50,526 nt of DNA. Origin: a virus (Duplodnaviria; Caudoviricetes). Of the stretch, positions 16,607 through 26,959 are shown piece after piece. Position 1 is the first letter of the stretch. Every line of letters starts with the position of its first letter. Both the position numbers and the translations under genes were made by a program. Below the pieces are notes generated by a model. That model saw nothing but the letters and a program-made list of their open reading frames with translations. It was not told the DNA's origin and ran no database searches. Location of the stretch: the IMG/VR virus record IMGVR_UViG_3300032290_001492, positions 1 to 50,526 of that record. The stretch is one strand, 5' to 3'.

Positions 16607-16759
16607 TTACTTCTTCCGCAGTGACTTGAAGATCAAAATTGAAAGGTGCAGGACGGTAAGGACGCCGATCACGGCGCCGACAACGCGGTTGAATTGTTCG
16701 ACGGTCAGCATCGCCACAATGCCTCCAGCGCCTGCGAGCACTGTCTTGTGAATTTCCAT
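16607..16759 (-). CDS. Small two-TM membrane protein, holin-like (below ORF-track cutoff)
   Basis: MEIHKTVLAGAGGIVAMLTVEQFNRVVGAVIGVLTVLHLSILIFKSLRKK; two hydrophobic segments, basic C-terminus; fills the gap exactly. Confidence 0.7.
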   Translation of the reverse strand: MEIHKTVLAGAGGIVAMLTVEQFNRVVGAVIGVLTVLHLSILIFKSLRKK

Positions 16760-16795
16760 AAGGAAAGCGGGGCGCCGGAGTTACCGGCGCCCCGC
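16760..16795 (-). terminator. Hairpin terminator/attenuator after major capsid gene
   Basis: 12-bp perfect stem GCGGGGCGCCGG/CCGGCGCCCCGC, 5-nt loop, followed by TTTCCTT on the minus strand. Confidence 0.7.
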
Positions 16796-16808
16796 GGTTC
16801 ACAAACTA

Positions 16809-18014
16809 TCAGTCAGCCGTAGCCTTGGTGAGGATCGTGTAGCCGAGCTCGGGGAAGATGGGCTTCGCACCGCACCGGATGTCGGTGAGGTAGTAGCCCA
16901 GGTTGCCCCGGTCGTTGTCACCCAGGAACGTGCGCTGGTTGATCCACTGGAACTCGCCCACGTAGTTCGACGGATCGAACTTCATTCCCGAGAACTGGGT
17001 CGGGTCGACGCTCTCGAACTTGGCCTCCCAAACCTGACGGCCCAGGATCGTGGCCACCTCGTACTCAGCCAGACCACCGTTAACCCCGTTGAGGTTGTAG
17101 GTGGCGCGGGCGGTGTAGCGGCGGCCGACGGTCGCGTTGGTGTTGGTCGTCGGGTAGATGGCGTTCGTCAGGGTCAGGTCTGCAGCGGAGGCGATGCCGC
17201 CGGTCTTGCCGAACCGGATGGGGAACAGGTCCACCACCGGCAGGAAGCCGTTGACCGCGCCGTCGTAGCCGAGGATCTCGAGGTTCTTCGCGGGATCGAA
17301 AAACTTCACCTGCTCCTTGGTGTCCGAGTTGGTGAACAGGCGCCCGATGATGCCAGGGCCGGCGATCAGGGGGAGCACCGGGCGGCCGCGGCTGTCGCGA
17401 CCCACGGCCAGCTCGTCAGCGAGACCGTTCCGGCAGAGCTGCCAGTAGATCTGCTTAAGGTGCTCCATGTTCAAGAAGTCGTTCGGCAGGGAGGCGCCGA
17501 TGCCGGTGAAGTCCGCGGCCGTAGACTCGGCGACGATCAGCGCGTTCGACGCGCGGGTCACCGCCTTGTTGTTCACGTTCGCGATATTCTGCAGGCGATA
17601 CCAGTCGCCCCACCACACGTTGATGTACTCGGACAGCGCCCGCTCGAAGCCGGCAACCGTTTGAGCGGCATCCACGGCGCGTTTCAAGTCGGACAAGCAG
17701 ACGGTGTCCGTATTGAAGGCGGTCTGGAAGAGCTTGAAGGTGCGTTGCAGTTCGCCGGGCTTGATCGTGGTGGGCGTCGGCTGGCACTGGGCGTTGCCCG
17801 TGCCGGTCGACATAACCACCTCGGCCAGGGCCGACGGGTAGGAGGTCGGCAGCTCATGGGTGAGCGTCCGGACCGTGGGAGTGCGACCTTCAGAGAGGTC
17901 GAACGCACTCATGGGAACCAGAGTGCGGAATGGATTGGAGCGCCAGAGCTTCTGGTACACAGTCTTGTGGAACTGGTTCCGTCGCTCCGAGAAGTAGGTA
18001 TTGATGTCAGCCAT
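16809..18014 (-). CDS. Major capsid protein
   Basis: 401 aa, after scaffold, own promoter and terminator, strong GC3 bias. Confidence 0.8.
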   Translation of the reverse strand: MADINTYFSERRNQFHKTVYQKLWRSNPFRTLVPMSAFDLSEGRTPTVRTLTHELPTSYPSALAEVVMSTGTGNAQCQPTPTTIKPGELQRTFKLFQTAFNTDTVCLSDLKRAVDAAQTVAGFERALSEYINVWWGDWYRLQNIANVNNKAVTRASNALIVAESTAADFTGIGASLPNDFLNMEHLKQIYWQLCRNGLADELAVGRDSRGRPVLPLIAGPGIIGRLFTNSDTKEQVKFFDPAKNLEILGYDGAVNGFLPVVDLFPIRFGKTGGIASAADLTLTNAIYPTTNTNATVGRRYTARATYNLNGVNGGLAEYEVATILGRQVWEAKFESVDPTQFSGMKFDPSNYVGEFQWINQRTFLGDNDRGNLGYYLTDIRCGAKPIFPELGYTILTKATAD

Positions 18015-18140
18015 CGTCGGAAAGGATTGAGGTTTAGGTCACTGTCCGATGACCGCGTGTGCGGCCACCAGCGGGCGCCATCCGCCTTAGAAGCTTTCCG
18101 ATCGCCGGGACCGCCAGTCCCCGGGGTGCAGCTACAACCG
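18015..18140 (-). promoter_or_regulatory. Structured 5' leader of capsid mRNA (candidate cis-regulatory RNA)
   Basis: Three hairpins plus 8-bp long-range stem between 18094-18101 and 18017-18024, next to the ATG. Confidence 0.5.
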
Positions 18141-18147
18141 TGGTATC

Positions 18148-18188
18148 CGGATACAAAATACCGGCACCCCTGGCAAGGGGGTGCCGGG
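18148..18188 (-). promoter_or_regulatory. Late promoter (box CCCGGCACCCCC, TTGCCA-N17-TATCCG) overlapping a terminator-like hairpin
   Basis: Shared box; CCGGCACCCC/GGGGTGCCGG stem with the -35 in its loop, then TATTTT. Confidence 0.65.
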
Positions 18189-18197
18189 AAATCCGGG

Positions 18198-19382
18198 TCA
18201 GCGGCTGAAGTACTTCTGGGCGGCCGACAGGTGCGAGTCCGGCGCCGCCGACTCGCCCTCCGCCGGAGCCCCAGAGCCGGAGCCGACCTGCGGGCTGACC
18301 GCGCTAAGGCCCTTCACCTGCGCCTCAAGCTCGGCGATGCGGGCAGCGGTCCGCGTCAGCTCGGCGTTGTACAGCGCCGCGATGCGCGGGATGCCGTGCG
18401 CCATCGTGAACTCATAGAGCGCGGCCTTGTGCGCCAGGTCCGCGGCGCCACGGTCGTCCAGCGAGCCGAAGGCATATGTCTCAGCGCGGGCCCCGATCTG
18501 AGACAAAGCCTGGTTGTACTCAGCCGCGGCCGGGTCCGGCGACTTTTCGTCGACGGGCGCAGCCAAAAACGCGTCCTTGTAGCTCCCTGCCACCTCGTCA
18601 AACGACGCCCGGGATCGGGCGCCGCCAGTGGTCTTGAGCGCCTTCAGCGACTCGTCCGCCTGCGCGATCGCCTGATCGGCGCCGGCCTGGGCGGTGAAGT
18701 AGGCGTCGAGGCTCGCCTGGAATTTGACCCGGGCGTACGGCGTCATGCGCTCCATCACATCGCTGACCTCCTTGTTGAGAGCTTTGCCCTTGAGCGAAAG
18801 GACCTCGTCCAGGTTGACCTCGACCTCGTCGCTCTTCGCGATGTTGGCCATCGCCAGCTTGGCGTTCTCGGCCGGCACGACGTACCGGGAATGGAATTCG
18901 GGGTGTGACTTGAGGTCGAGGACCTTGAGCCGCTCGCTGAACGTCTTGTTCTGCGTCTCGAGCTCGGCCAGGCGCGCCTTGGTCGCCTCGTCGATCGGCG
19001 ATCCAGCCATCTTGAGCTTGGCCTCCAGCTCCAGGCGCAGCTTACGCTCCTCGGTGGCCCTTTTCTTGAGCTCGTCCCAGCCGGCGCGGCTCTTCGCGTT
19101 GTCGGGCGGGGCCTGGAGGCCCTTGTCGATGTCCTCTAGCGTCGGCGCCTCCGCCTGCGCGGCCGGGGCCTCTTGCTTCGCCGCAGTTTTCAGCACCGTC
19201 GCCAGGGGATCCGGCTTCACCGGCTCCTTCGCAGGCTCCTTGGGGGCCTCCTTCGTCGGTTCCTTGGCGGGCTCCTTGGCGGGAGTCTGCTGGGCCGCGA
19301 AGAACTCGTTCGCCGCGGCAAGATGATCTTCCCCACCAGCGTCAGCAGCAGGAGGGGTAGTGGGACTGGTTTCGGTGCTCAT
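18198..19382 (-). CDS. Capsid scaffolding protein
   Basis: 394 aa; KEPA repeats, coiled coil, between portal and capsid. Confidence 0.75.
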   Translation of the reverse strand: MSTETSPTTPPAADAGGEDHLAAANEFFAAQQTPAKEPAKEPTKEAPKEPAKEPVKPDPLATVLKTAAKQEAPAAQAEAPTLEDIDKGLQAPPDNAKSRAGWDELKKRATEERKLRLELEAKLKMAGSPIDEATKARLAELETQNKTFSERLKVLDLKSHPEFHSRYVVPAENAKLAMANIAKSDEVEVNLDEVLSLKGKALNKEVSDVMERMTPYARVKFQASLDAYFTAQAGADQAIAQADESLKALKTTGGARSRASFDEVAGSYKDAFLAAPVDEKSPDPAAAEYNQALSQIGARAETYAFGSLDDRGAADLAHKAALYEFTMAHGIPRIAALYNAELTRTAARIAELEAQVKGLSAVSPQVGSGSGAPAEGESAAPDSHLSAAQKYFSR

Positions 19383-19711
19383 TCGGTGAAGTTTTCAGCC
19401 GGCTCACGCTGCTCCCTAGGCGCTTCAGCGAGCTGGAGCAGCCGGTCGCGGTACATCTCCCAGCCCTTGATTCGGGAGAGGTAGGTAACCGCGGCCCGCT
19501 CGTCCCACTCGCTCCTGGCGTAGCTCGGGAAGCGCAGGTTTGTGCCGGGGTGGTGGGCCTCCATTAGACCGATGACGCGCTGGGTCATCGACGAGGCCAG
19601 CCATTCGCGGATCTCCATCCGCTCGCGGTTGGTGAGCGGATCCTTGATCGGGGCAGGGATGCGGACGATGCGTGGAGCGGAGGGGAACAGGTTGCGGAAG
19701 AAGGCTAGCAT
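19379..19711 (-). CDS. Hypothetical head-module protein
   Basis: 110 aa between portal and scaffold; ATGA overlap with scaffold. Confidence 0.65.
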   Translation of the reverse strand: MLAFFRNLFPSAPRIVRIPAPIKDPLTNRERMEIREWLASSMTQRVIGLMEAHHPGTNLRFPSYARSEWDERAAVTYLSRIKGWEMYRDRLLQLAEAPREQREPAENFTE

Positions 19712-19728
19712 GGGACTTGCGGGAAACT

Positions 19729-21810
19729 TTACTGGGGCGCCGTCGCACCCACTTGGCCGGCGGGGCTAAACCCCGCGGCGTTCGGGTCGCCCGGCGGGGC
19801 CTGCTGCGTCTGGTTGTGCATCTTCTCGACCATGCGGAAGATGCCCTCCGCCGCGGACCGGACCGCCGTGAACCGGGGCCACAGTTCGCGGTACAGGGCC
19901 TCCTGGAGCTTGTCGGCCTTGAGGAAGTTAAAGTGTGCCTCGAGGTGCGGGATGGCGTTCTGGAGGGCGATGAGACCGTTCGGATCGATGCGGCCGGTAG
20001 CGTCGTAGTTGTGGACGATGACCTCCATCGGCTGGAGGTGCTGCGGCGCGTGCGCGGCGTGGTTGTCCTGGGGATCGACTGGGAGCGGGTTACCCTCGCC
20101 CATGTCCGAGTTTTCCATCAGCGCCAGGCGCTGGCTCTTGATGTCGGCGGTGGCGTCGACCGGCAGCAGCGCCTTGGCCACCGCTTGGGAACCGAACTTA
20201 CTGGTGACCCACTTTTCCTGCATCCAGCGCCGGTTTGCCTCGGGGAGTTGCATGCCTTGCAGCGCCAGGTCGCCCTGCATCGCGAGATTCATCGCGCCAG
20301 GATCGGCGCCCGTGCGGACCGCGATTTCGCCGCTGTAGAAAACCGTCTCCGGCATGCCCATCTCCTCGATGCAGCGACGGCGGAACAGCTTCGCATCGGG
20401 GTCCGGGTTTCCGCGGGTCCGGAGGCGCCGGAACTGCTCGCTGAACAAGTTGCGGGCGATCTGGCGGAGGTACAGGGTCGCGTTGGCGACGTCGACCTGG
20501 CTCTGGATGTTGGCCAGGATGTTCGCCTGCGTCGCCGTGTCGGTCTGCTGGATCTGCTTCCCCTGGTCGCGGTAGCGCGCGTTGTTGTACGACTGCTGGG
20601 CGTCGAGCATCTCGATCGTCTCGAGGACCGAGCGCCCGGTGGGGTAGCTGCCCACCTGCTCCACGTCTTTCGGCAGGAAGTTGAACGGGCCCACCGAGGT
20701 GATCGGCACGGTCTCACGCCCACCCTCTGAGAGGTCGCGGAAGTTGAGCCCGTCGATCAGGGTCCGGTCGACCGCGCGGCTCTTGAGCCGGTTCTGCACG
20801 GTCGCGAGCTGGAAATTTTTGACCCCGAATCCCTTCGTGCCCCACCAGTCGCCATTGCCGGCGTCGAAGAACACCGCCGCCAGGGTGTGAACCATGCTTT
20901 CCGGACGGGAGTCAGAGCCGCTGTCGTCGAATAGGAACTTGTCCTGGTGCTCCTGGCCCTCGGCGAAGATCATCCGGCTGATCTTCGTGTCGTAGTCGCG
21001 CACCAGCAGGTGGACCAGCTTGACCGGGTCGTGCCCGGTCGTGACTCCGAGCGCGTTGTCGCGCATCAGCCGCTGCAGCTCCAGGACGTCCTGGCCGGTG
21101 ACCGGCGTGGACACCGCGCCGTCCTGCTTCACGAACTCACGCACCAGCATCTCCTCGATCGCCTCCGGATTCCAGCCGCGCTTCCGCGCCGTCGCTTTAG
21201 AATCCGCGGTGCGGACCAGCTCCCACAGAAAGTCGACCTCGAGCTCCTGGCGCACGCCGAACAACGTCAGCTTCTCGACGCTCGCCTTGGATCGGGTCGG
21301 CACTTCGACCTCACCGAGGCGCACCGCCTCCCACCGGGCGGACGACTTGTCGTTCCAGAACGCGACGCCCACCCCAAACGAGACGTGGTTCTGACTAAAG
21401 AGGAGGTAGTTTCGGACGTAGTCCGGGCCCCAGTCGTCGATGAATCGGTTGAAGTTGTGTTGAAAAGTCTGCTCCCATTTTTCAGCGTTCGGATCGTCCG
21501 GAGTCAGGTACTGGACCGACGCCAGGTTCGTCGTGTCATGGAGGAGGCGCCAGTAGCTGATCAGCACCTGCTCGAGCGTCGACGCCGCGTCGCGGAAATT
21601 CACGTTGCAGCGCCAGGACTGCCCCAGCTCAAGCAGCTCGCGGTTCGAGAACGGCGGCGCCCCGTCGAGCTGGTTCTGCACCTGGACCCACTTGTTCCGC
21701 CGGACCTCCGACGCCGTCCTCAACTTCAGCCAGAGGGATCGCGCCGTGGCGGCGTCGCGGATGCGGCGCTCCGACGACGTCGGCAGCGTGGAGGTCGGGT
21801 ATGAGTCCAT
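19729..21810 (-). CDS. Portal protein
   Basis: 693 aa, downstream of TerL; C-terminal PVDPQDNHAAH..H motif seen in podovirus-type portals. Confidence 0.8.
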   Translation of the reverse strand: MDSYPTSTLPTSSERRIRDAATARSLWLKLRTASEVRRNKWVQVQNQLDGAPPFSNRELLELGQSWRCNVNFRDAASTLEQVLISYWRLLHDTTNLASVQYLTPDDPNAEKWEQTFQHNFNRFIDDWGPDYVRNYLLFSQNHVSFGVGVAFWNDKSSARWEAVRLGEVEVPTRSKASVEKLTLFGVRQELEVDFLWELVRTADSKATARKRGWNPEAIEEMLVREFVKQDGAVSTPVTGQDVLELQRLMRDNALGVTTGHDPVKLVHLLVRDYDTKISRMIFAEGQEHQDKFLFDDSGSDSRPESMVHTLAAVFFDAGNGDWWGTKGFGVKNFQLATVQNRLKSRAVDRTLIDGLNFRDLSEGGRETVPITSVGPFNFLPKDVEQVGSYPTGRSVLETIEMLDAQQSYNNARYRDQGKQIQQTDTATQANILANIQSQVDVANATLYLRQIARNLFSEQFRRLRTRGNPDPDAKLFRRRCIEEMGMPETVFYSGEIAVRTGADPGAMNLAMQGDLALQGMQLPEANRRWMQEKWVTSKFGSQAVAKALLPVDATADIKSQRLALMENSDMGEGNPLPVDPQDNHAAHAPQHLQPMEVIVHNYDATGRIDPNGLIALQNAIPHLEAHFNFLKADKLQEALYRELWPRFTAVRSAAEGIFRMVEKMHNQTQQAPPGDPNAAGFSPAGQVGATAPQ

Positions 21811-21814
21811 GCGG

Positions 21815-22456
21815 TCAAGGCGTTGTATCCGAGGCAGAACTACCCTGCAAGGGGCTGCCGGGTCTCTGCCAGCACCAGGGCGGGAACACCGTGTCCGGAG
21901 AATTGCCGGAAAGGACGACGTTCAGCGGCAGATTGACCTTCGCCTGGAGGCTGCACCCGCAAGCCATGCAGACCGAGATCCCGGGGTGCTTCCGGCCGGC
22001 TGGGATCGTCGCTTCGATCGTTTTGTAGACCGCCGAGCAGGAGCAGAGGGAGGAGGGCTTATTGAACGGGCAGCCACGGCAGACGGATGCACGCGCGTGG
22101 GCCTCCTCGGGCGGGCAGAAGGGGGCCTTGCCTGCCGCCACCTCGGCGAGAGATGCCACCACCGCCCGGCCCAGGGACAGCGCCATTCCGGTGGTCAGGC
22201 TGGCAGTCAGGTCGGCTACCGGGACATGGGTCTCGCCAGGCTCAGGCTCGCACCAGGTCGTGTCCAGGCCGGCGCAGATCTGCCGCTGGACGTCGAGTTT
22301 GGTGTTCTCGGGGCTCAGGTTCTTGTACTTCCGGTGCGGGATAATCTGGGCAACCAGGCCCTCGAACGTGTCAGAGTCGAAGCGCACCGCAGTTTCCGGC
22401 TGCACGTAGCGCCAGCCGCCCGGAGGGACATCGCGGAAGGATTTGATGAGGGCCAT
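21815..22456 (-). CDS. Cys-rich putative metal-binding protein
   Basis: 213 aa from ATG 22456 (TGATG overlap with TerL); RASVCRGCP, CSC, CMACGCSLQAK, CW. Confidence 0.7.
   Translation of the reverse strand: MALIKSFRDVPPGGWRYVQPETAVRFDSDTFEGLVAQIIPHRKYKNLSPENTKLDVQRQICAGLDTTWCEPEPGETHVPVADLTASLTTGMALSLGRAVVASLAEVAAGKAPFCPPEEAHARASVCRGCPFNKPSSLCSCSAVYKTIEATIPAGRKHPGISVCMACGCSLQAKVNLPLNVVLSGNSPDTVFPPWCWQRPGSPLQGSSASDTTP
21822..21862 (-). promoter_or_regulatory. Late promoter (box CCCGGCAGCCCC, TTGCAG-N17-TACAAC)
   Basis: Shared box; 11 nt before portal ATG. Confidence 0.6.
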
Positions 22457-24201
22457 CAGGCGGTCGCGTACTCGCGCTCCGGGTTGGTGACGTTGCTGTA
22501 CTTCACGGCCCGCTTGAGCATGCGGGTGTCGCGGGATCCGACGGAACCGGCAGCCAGCGAACCGGCGACGCCACCCTTCCGGCGGAGGAGCTCGATGAGC
22601 ATGACGAACGCATCGGCCTCGTCCGGAGAGTAGCCGAGCCGCTCCTTCATCTCCTTCTTGGTCTCGATGCGGATTTTCTTGTCCTTCACCGTCTCGTACT
22701 GCCGGGCAACGAGCTGATCCCGCAGCAGTTTGAAGTCCTCGTTCAACCCGCCCACCAGTCCCTCCTCCATCCAGGCCCGGCCGGCCCACCAGAGCTCGGA
22801 AACGAAGCGGTCGAACAGCTCGGTGCAGTTTTCCAGGTCGCTTTTCTTCAGCCGGCGCTCGGTAGCGCCTCCGCCGAAGTTGCAGCGACTGATTTCCGGC
22901 GACCATTCCTTCTCCAGGATGGCAGCGACGCCGCGGCCAGCGCCCGTGACGTCCAGGATGAAGTTTTCGGGCTTCACCTCGTACTTGGCGCAGATCCGTT
23001 TGACCTCGTTGGCGATCAGGTAGTCGAGTGGCTCCGATTTGTCGGTCATCGAGACCTTGATCGGCATCGAAACGACCATGTTGAGCGCGAAAGCCGAGTT
23101 ATTGGCGCCCCCGTACTCGGCGATCGCCAGCGCACACTGGTCTCCGCCCTCAAACGCGGGATCTAGGGCCGCCACGCGCACCGGAGGCATCTGGTATTCG
23201 AGCTTTTTCTCGGCCTTCGCCAGGATCGACGACGGAAAGATGACGCCAAACAGCCCCTCGGGGGCAAACCAGCCGCGAACGAACGTCCACCACCTCGGTG
23301 AGCCCTCGCCAAAAGCCTTTGCTACGCTGTCCAGGTAGTCCTGGCGGATGAGGAACGGGAAAACGGTCTTGCCGTACTTGATGTTGGCGCTCTTGAGACC
23401 GTCCAACCTGATGCAAATGCCGCCTCGCTTGGTTTCCCAGAACTGATCGACGTCGGGATCGATGTGGCCCCAGCCGTTTTGGGGTTCGCACCAGGTTCCG
23501 AACTCCGAATAGCGCCGCGTCGGGTTGGCGAGCTGCGCCATCCGGAAGTCGGGGTCGGTCATCAAGTTCGCGGCCGCCTCGAAAATCGCCGAAGGAGTGC
23601 CCTGCGCTTCGTCGATGACGACGTACCGTCGCTTTCGCGAGTGCGTGCCCTGGATTTTTTCGACCGCATCCTGACCACGGTCCGTGGCAATACCCTCAAT
23701 GACATACTTGTCCTCCTTCGTGCCGGCCGGACGAATCGTCATGTCGTGGTTCCGGACGTCGAACATCACGCCGCCCAGAGTGCCTGGCGCAATTTGAGCG
23801 GTTCGGATCGCCGACACCGTGTCGGCCCAGAGCCGCTTGCGAAGACCTGGTAGGTGCGTCGACGTCAGCGTGATGATCGAGTTTTCCGCGTCCGCGATGT
23901 AGGACGCGGCGGCGATGTGGCCGAACGTGTGCGTCTTGGCCGCCGACGCGTGCCCGATGATTGAGACGACCCGGTACTTGCACCAGGCCCAGGTAAGCAG
24001 CTCGAGGTCGTCGCGCCACCGCGGGACGCCAGGTTCCACCTCTCCAGCGTAGAGCTGAGGCCAGAGGGCGATCATCGCGTTGCGTAAGTGCCCCTGCTGC
24101 CCCAGACCGCCTTTCTCCGGCGTGCGCCCATGCGCGAAGCAGCAGAGCTCGATCATCGCATCCGACCAGCCATCCGGGAAGTTGGCCTCGTATTTCCTCA
24201 A
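22456..24201 (-). CDS. terL: Terminase large subunit
   Basis: Walker A GHASAAKT, Walker B VVIDEA, LANP, nuclease [10 protein letters not shown] and SPDEADA; probable TTG start overlapping the upstream TGA. Confidence 0.92.
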   Translation of the reverse strand: MRKYEANFPDGWSDAMIELCCFAHGRTPEKGGLGQQGHLRNAMIALWPQLYAGEVEPGVPRWRDDLELLTWAWCKYRVVSIIGHASAAKTHTFGHIAAASYIADAENSIITLTSTHLPGLRKRLWADTVSAIRTAQIAPGTLGGVMFDVRNHDMTIRPAGTKEDKYVIEGIATDRGQDAVEKIQGTHSRKRRYVVIDEAQGTPSAIFEAAANLMTDPDFRMAQLANPTRRYSEFGTWCEPQNGWGHIDPDVDQFWETKRGGICIRLDGLKSANIKYGKTVFPFLIRQDYLDSVAKAFGEGSPRWWTFVRGWFAPEGLFGVIFPSSILAKAEKKLEYQMPPVRVAALDPAFEGGDQCALAIAEYGGANNSAFALNMVVSMPIKVSMTDKSEPLDYLIANEVKRICAKYEVKPENFILDVTGAGRGVAAILEKEWSPEISRCNFGGGATERRLKKSDLENCTELFDRFVSELWWAGRAWMEEGLVGGLNEDFKLLRDQLVARQYETVKDKKIRIETKKEMKERLGYSPDEADAFVMLIELLRRKGGVAGSLAAGSVGSRDTRMLKRAVKYSNVTNPEREYATA

Positions 24202-26228
24202 GTCGGCAGCGTCTCGAAGAAGCGGACGTAGACCGTCCTGTTGTTGACCCGCATCGCCAGATAACTGCCTCCGGCTGGGGCCGGGTCTTCGCCGCACACG
24301 ATGTGGCTACTCCCGTTAGGGTGGACGTCGAAGTTGCTGCTGCTGAACCTGCCGTTCGACACGTTGCACAGCCCGTTCGTGTCGACGTGCAGACGGTCTG
24401 CGCCAGAACGGTCCCGGATCCGTACGTGGCCTGACGCCACGTTGGCGGGGGTGATGAGAACGGCGCCGGCAAACGACGGGACCGTCGGGTACTCTGAGCC
24501 AAACACGTCAAGCTGGCCGCCCTGGCCCGAGCCGTCGCCTGCGCCGCCGTTGACGCGCACGATGCCCTGCTTCCAGGTCGACGAAACCGTACACTGGTCA
24601 TTCAGCTCGATCTTGCCGCCGAGAAACCGCGGCGTGGTGAGCTGCACATTGGCCGCAATCCGGTCGCCGGTGATCGAGTTGGCCACGATCTTGTCGGCGC
24701 CGACCGTGCCATTGACCAGCAGGTTGCCGTTGATCACCGCTGTGACCGCGATCCAATTGCTGCCGTCCCAGAATCGAGTCTGAGCAAAGTTGACCCCGTT
24801 GGAGATCGTCACCTGGTCCAGCAAAACCTTGGTCAGGCCGCGGGCAGTGATTGCAGCTTCAGCCGTGGCGTCTACCCATGCCGAGCCGAGTGCGTAGAAC
24901 TGACTTGAGCCTCGCGATCCGGGAGTTCCGGAAGAACCAGCCGGTCCTTGCGGACCCGTATTCCCGGTAGAGCCCTGCGCTCCACGCTCCAGGAACAGGA
25001 CCCAGGCGCCGGCGCTGTTCTTGACGTACGAGTTTCCGTCGGTCGTGTTCTTGTAGATCGAATTGACGGCGTAGCCCGCAGAGGGTGCTGAAGCGAATGA
25101 CCCGATGTAGGTGATCGGCGGAGTCGACGCGTTGTTCGCGACGTCGCCGAGTGGGACGCCGTTGACGACCAGCGTCGAGTTGAGCGTCAGGGTGTCGCCC
25201 ACCAGGCTGAACGGGACCTTGCTCCCGTTCGCCGAGTAGATCTTGAACGCATCAGCCGCAAACGCGACTTCGCTCGTCGGGCTGATCAGGACGCGGGAGA
25301 CGCCGCCGCCCAGCAGGGTCGCCACCGCCGCAGCGCCCGTGCCACCGCCTCCGGTCAGGACCACCTTGGGTGCCACGGCATAGCCGCTGCCCGCCGCGGT
25401 CACCGTGATCGCAGTAATAGCGCCGCCCGAAATCGTCGCCACTGCGGCGGCCCCGCCGCCCGGCGTGCCGGGATGGTTCTCGAACGTGACCGTCGGCGCG
25501 GAGGTGTAGCCGCTGCCGGGCGAGAGCCCGTCGGCCGCCGTCACTGTCATTCCGGCGACCTGGCCGCCGGCGGAGACCCGCAGCGCGTACTGTCCGCTCA
25601 CTCGCCCGTCCGCCAGGGCGCGGGCCGCGGCTTCCTGGTTGACCTTTGAGGTAGCGTCGTTGGCCGCCGCGGTAATGGCCTCGGACTTCGACGAGTCCGC
25701 GTAGCCTTTGGTCGCGTAGGTCGTTTCCACCGTGTTCAGCCGGGCCTCCGCGTCTCCGACGTCGGCCACCAGGGTGTTGGTCGTCTGCGCGAGCGCCGAG
25801 GTCGCGTTTGCCTGGGCGGTAAGCTGCTGCGTGATCTGCGCCTCGCTGTTCGCGAACCTGGCCGCAAGCGTGAGCGTCTGCTGCGCCAGGGACTCGGTCG
25901 TCGACGCCGTGACCAGACGGATCTCCTCGATGCTTGCGGCGCTGGTGTTTTGACCGTCGTCGACCTTGGCCTCCAGAAGCGTCACCTGCTCGGCGAGCGC
26001 GAACCCCGGCTCGACCTGGGTCCGCAGGATCATGCCGGCGATCGCCGAAGAGTTGACCGTCTTACCATCGAGCTGCGCCGTGAGCTTCGACGCAGCCGCC
26101 AGGATCTTTTTGTCCGCGGCCGCGGTCGCCTTATCCAGGGCAGAACGAAGTTCGTCCAGAGCCGCCTGACGCGCCTCGGCTTCCCGCCTGATGCGGGACA
26201 GCAGCAGTTCGTCAGGAATCGTCGACAT
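24198..26228 (-). CDS. Tail fibre/host-specificity protein
   Basis: 676 aa; coiled-coil N-terminus, QYALRV..GQVAGM...FAADAFKI (J-like), GSGY.SAPTV repeats, collagen-like stretch. Confidence 0.75.
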   Translation of the reverse strand: MSTIPDELLLSRIRREAEARQAALDELRSALDKATAAADKKILAAASKLTAQLDGKTVNSSAIAGMILRTQVEPGFALAEQVTLLEAKVDDGQNTSAASIEEIRLVTASTTESLAQQTLTLAARFANSEAQITQQLTAQANATSALAQTTNTLVADVGDAEARLNTVETTYATKGYADSSKSEAITAAANDATSKVNQEAAARALADGRVSGQYALRVSAGGQVAGMTVTAADGLSPGSGYTSAPTVTFENHPGTPGGGAAAVATISGGAITAITVTAAGSGYAVAPKVVLTGGGGTGAAAVATLLGGGVSRVLISPTSEVAFAADAFKIYSANGSKVPFSLVGDTLTLNSTLVVNGVPLGDVANNASTPPITYIGSFASAPSAGYAVNSIYKNTTDGNSYVKNSAGAWVLFLERGAQGSTGNTGPQGPAGSSGTPGSRGSSQFYALGSAWVDATAEAAITARGLTKVLLDQVTISNGVNFAQTRFWDGSNWIAVTAVINGNLLVNGTVGADKIVANSITGDRIAANVQLTTPRFLGGKIELNDQCTVSSTWKQGIVRVNGGAGDGSGQGGQLDVFGSEYPTVPSFAGAVLITPANVASGHVRIRDRSGADRLHVDTNGLCNVSNGRFSSSNFDVHPNGSSHIVCGEDPAPAGGSYLAMRVNNRTVYVRFFETLPT

Positions 26229-26659
26229 TACTTGCCCACCTGCTTCTGGTGGCGGATCCCGATCCAGGCGTACCCGACCGCAAAGGAGAAGGTGACGATC
26301 TCAGGCTGCAGCCCGCCGAGCTGTTCGGACGGGAGGTTCCACACGTACCAGCAGGCTCCGATGACCATGACCGGACGGACCAGCTTGGTGATGCACTCGA
26401 CCACGGTCAGCATCCCGTGCGTCCATGCGGGCGCGCCCGCGGGCGGAGTGTAGGTCGAAGTGAATCCCTCCTGGGCCTTCGTGAAGGCAGCAAGCTCGCC
26501 GATCGCGATGTCCTTCTCCTTGATCGCCTGCAGCTCGGCAATGCGGCGCTTGGACGCAGACCACTCCCGCGCCTCGGACGCGAAAGTGCCGAGCAGTTGA
26601 GTGACGCCGCCGAGGACCGTGCCGCCAGCGGCCGACATCAGGAACGAGATGAGGCTCAT
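26228..26659 (-). CDS. Membrane protein, holin-like
   Basis: 143 aa from ATG 26659; hydrophobic N-terminus, LVRPV followed by two TM-like segments, basic C-terminus. Confidence 0.6.
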   Translation of the reverse strand: MSLISFLMSAAGGTVLGGVTQLLGTFASEAREWSASKRRIAELQAIKEKDIAIGELAAFTKAQEGFTSTYTPPAGAPAWTHGMLTVVECITKLVRPVMVIGACWYVWNLPSEQLGGLQPEIVTFSFAVGYAWIGIRHQKQVGK

Positions 26660-26958
26660 ACTTTGACCCACCAGCATTTCGCTTCGTCGAGGACCCACCC
26701 GGTCCCCGTGGGCCTCGGCGGGATGAACGCATCACGCACCGAGTCGTACGTGTAGCCGGGCTGTGCGTAGTTCTTTCGGAGCGGCGTGCCGCCATGGATG
26801 TGGACGCCGCGGCGGGTGTTGTACGAGGTCTGCAGCCAAACCCCACCGAGGCCGACGTCCTGGGACAAGAAATCGGAGCCACGGTGCTCCTGCTCGTCCG
26901 GGACGACGAGGACGCGGATCACGGTCTGGCTGGGATCTAGTTCAGCGAAGTGTGCCAT
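26656..26958 (-). CDS. Conserved phage protein following Gly-rich fibres (putative fibre chaperone)
   Basis: MAHFAELD...QTSYN...RKNYA..GYTYD..RDAFIPP motif. Confidence 0.7.
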   Translation of the reverse strand: MAHFAELDPSQTVIRVLVVPDEQEHRGSDFLSQDVGLGGVWLQTSYNTRRGVHIHGGTPLRKNYAQPGYTYDSVRDAFIPPRPTGTGWVLDEAKCWWVKV

Positions 26959-26959
26959 G

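Noticed and set aside
16602-16802. 66-aa ORF in the ORF track
   Set aside because: Runs through the terminator hairpin; the 50-aa membrane ORF 16607-16759 fits better
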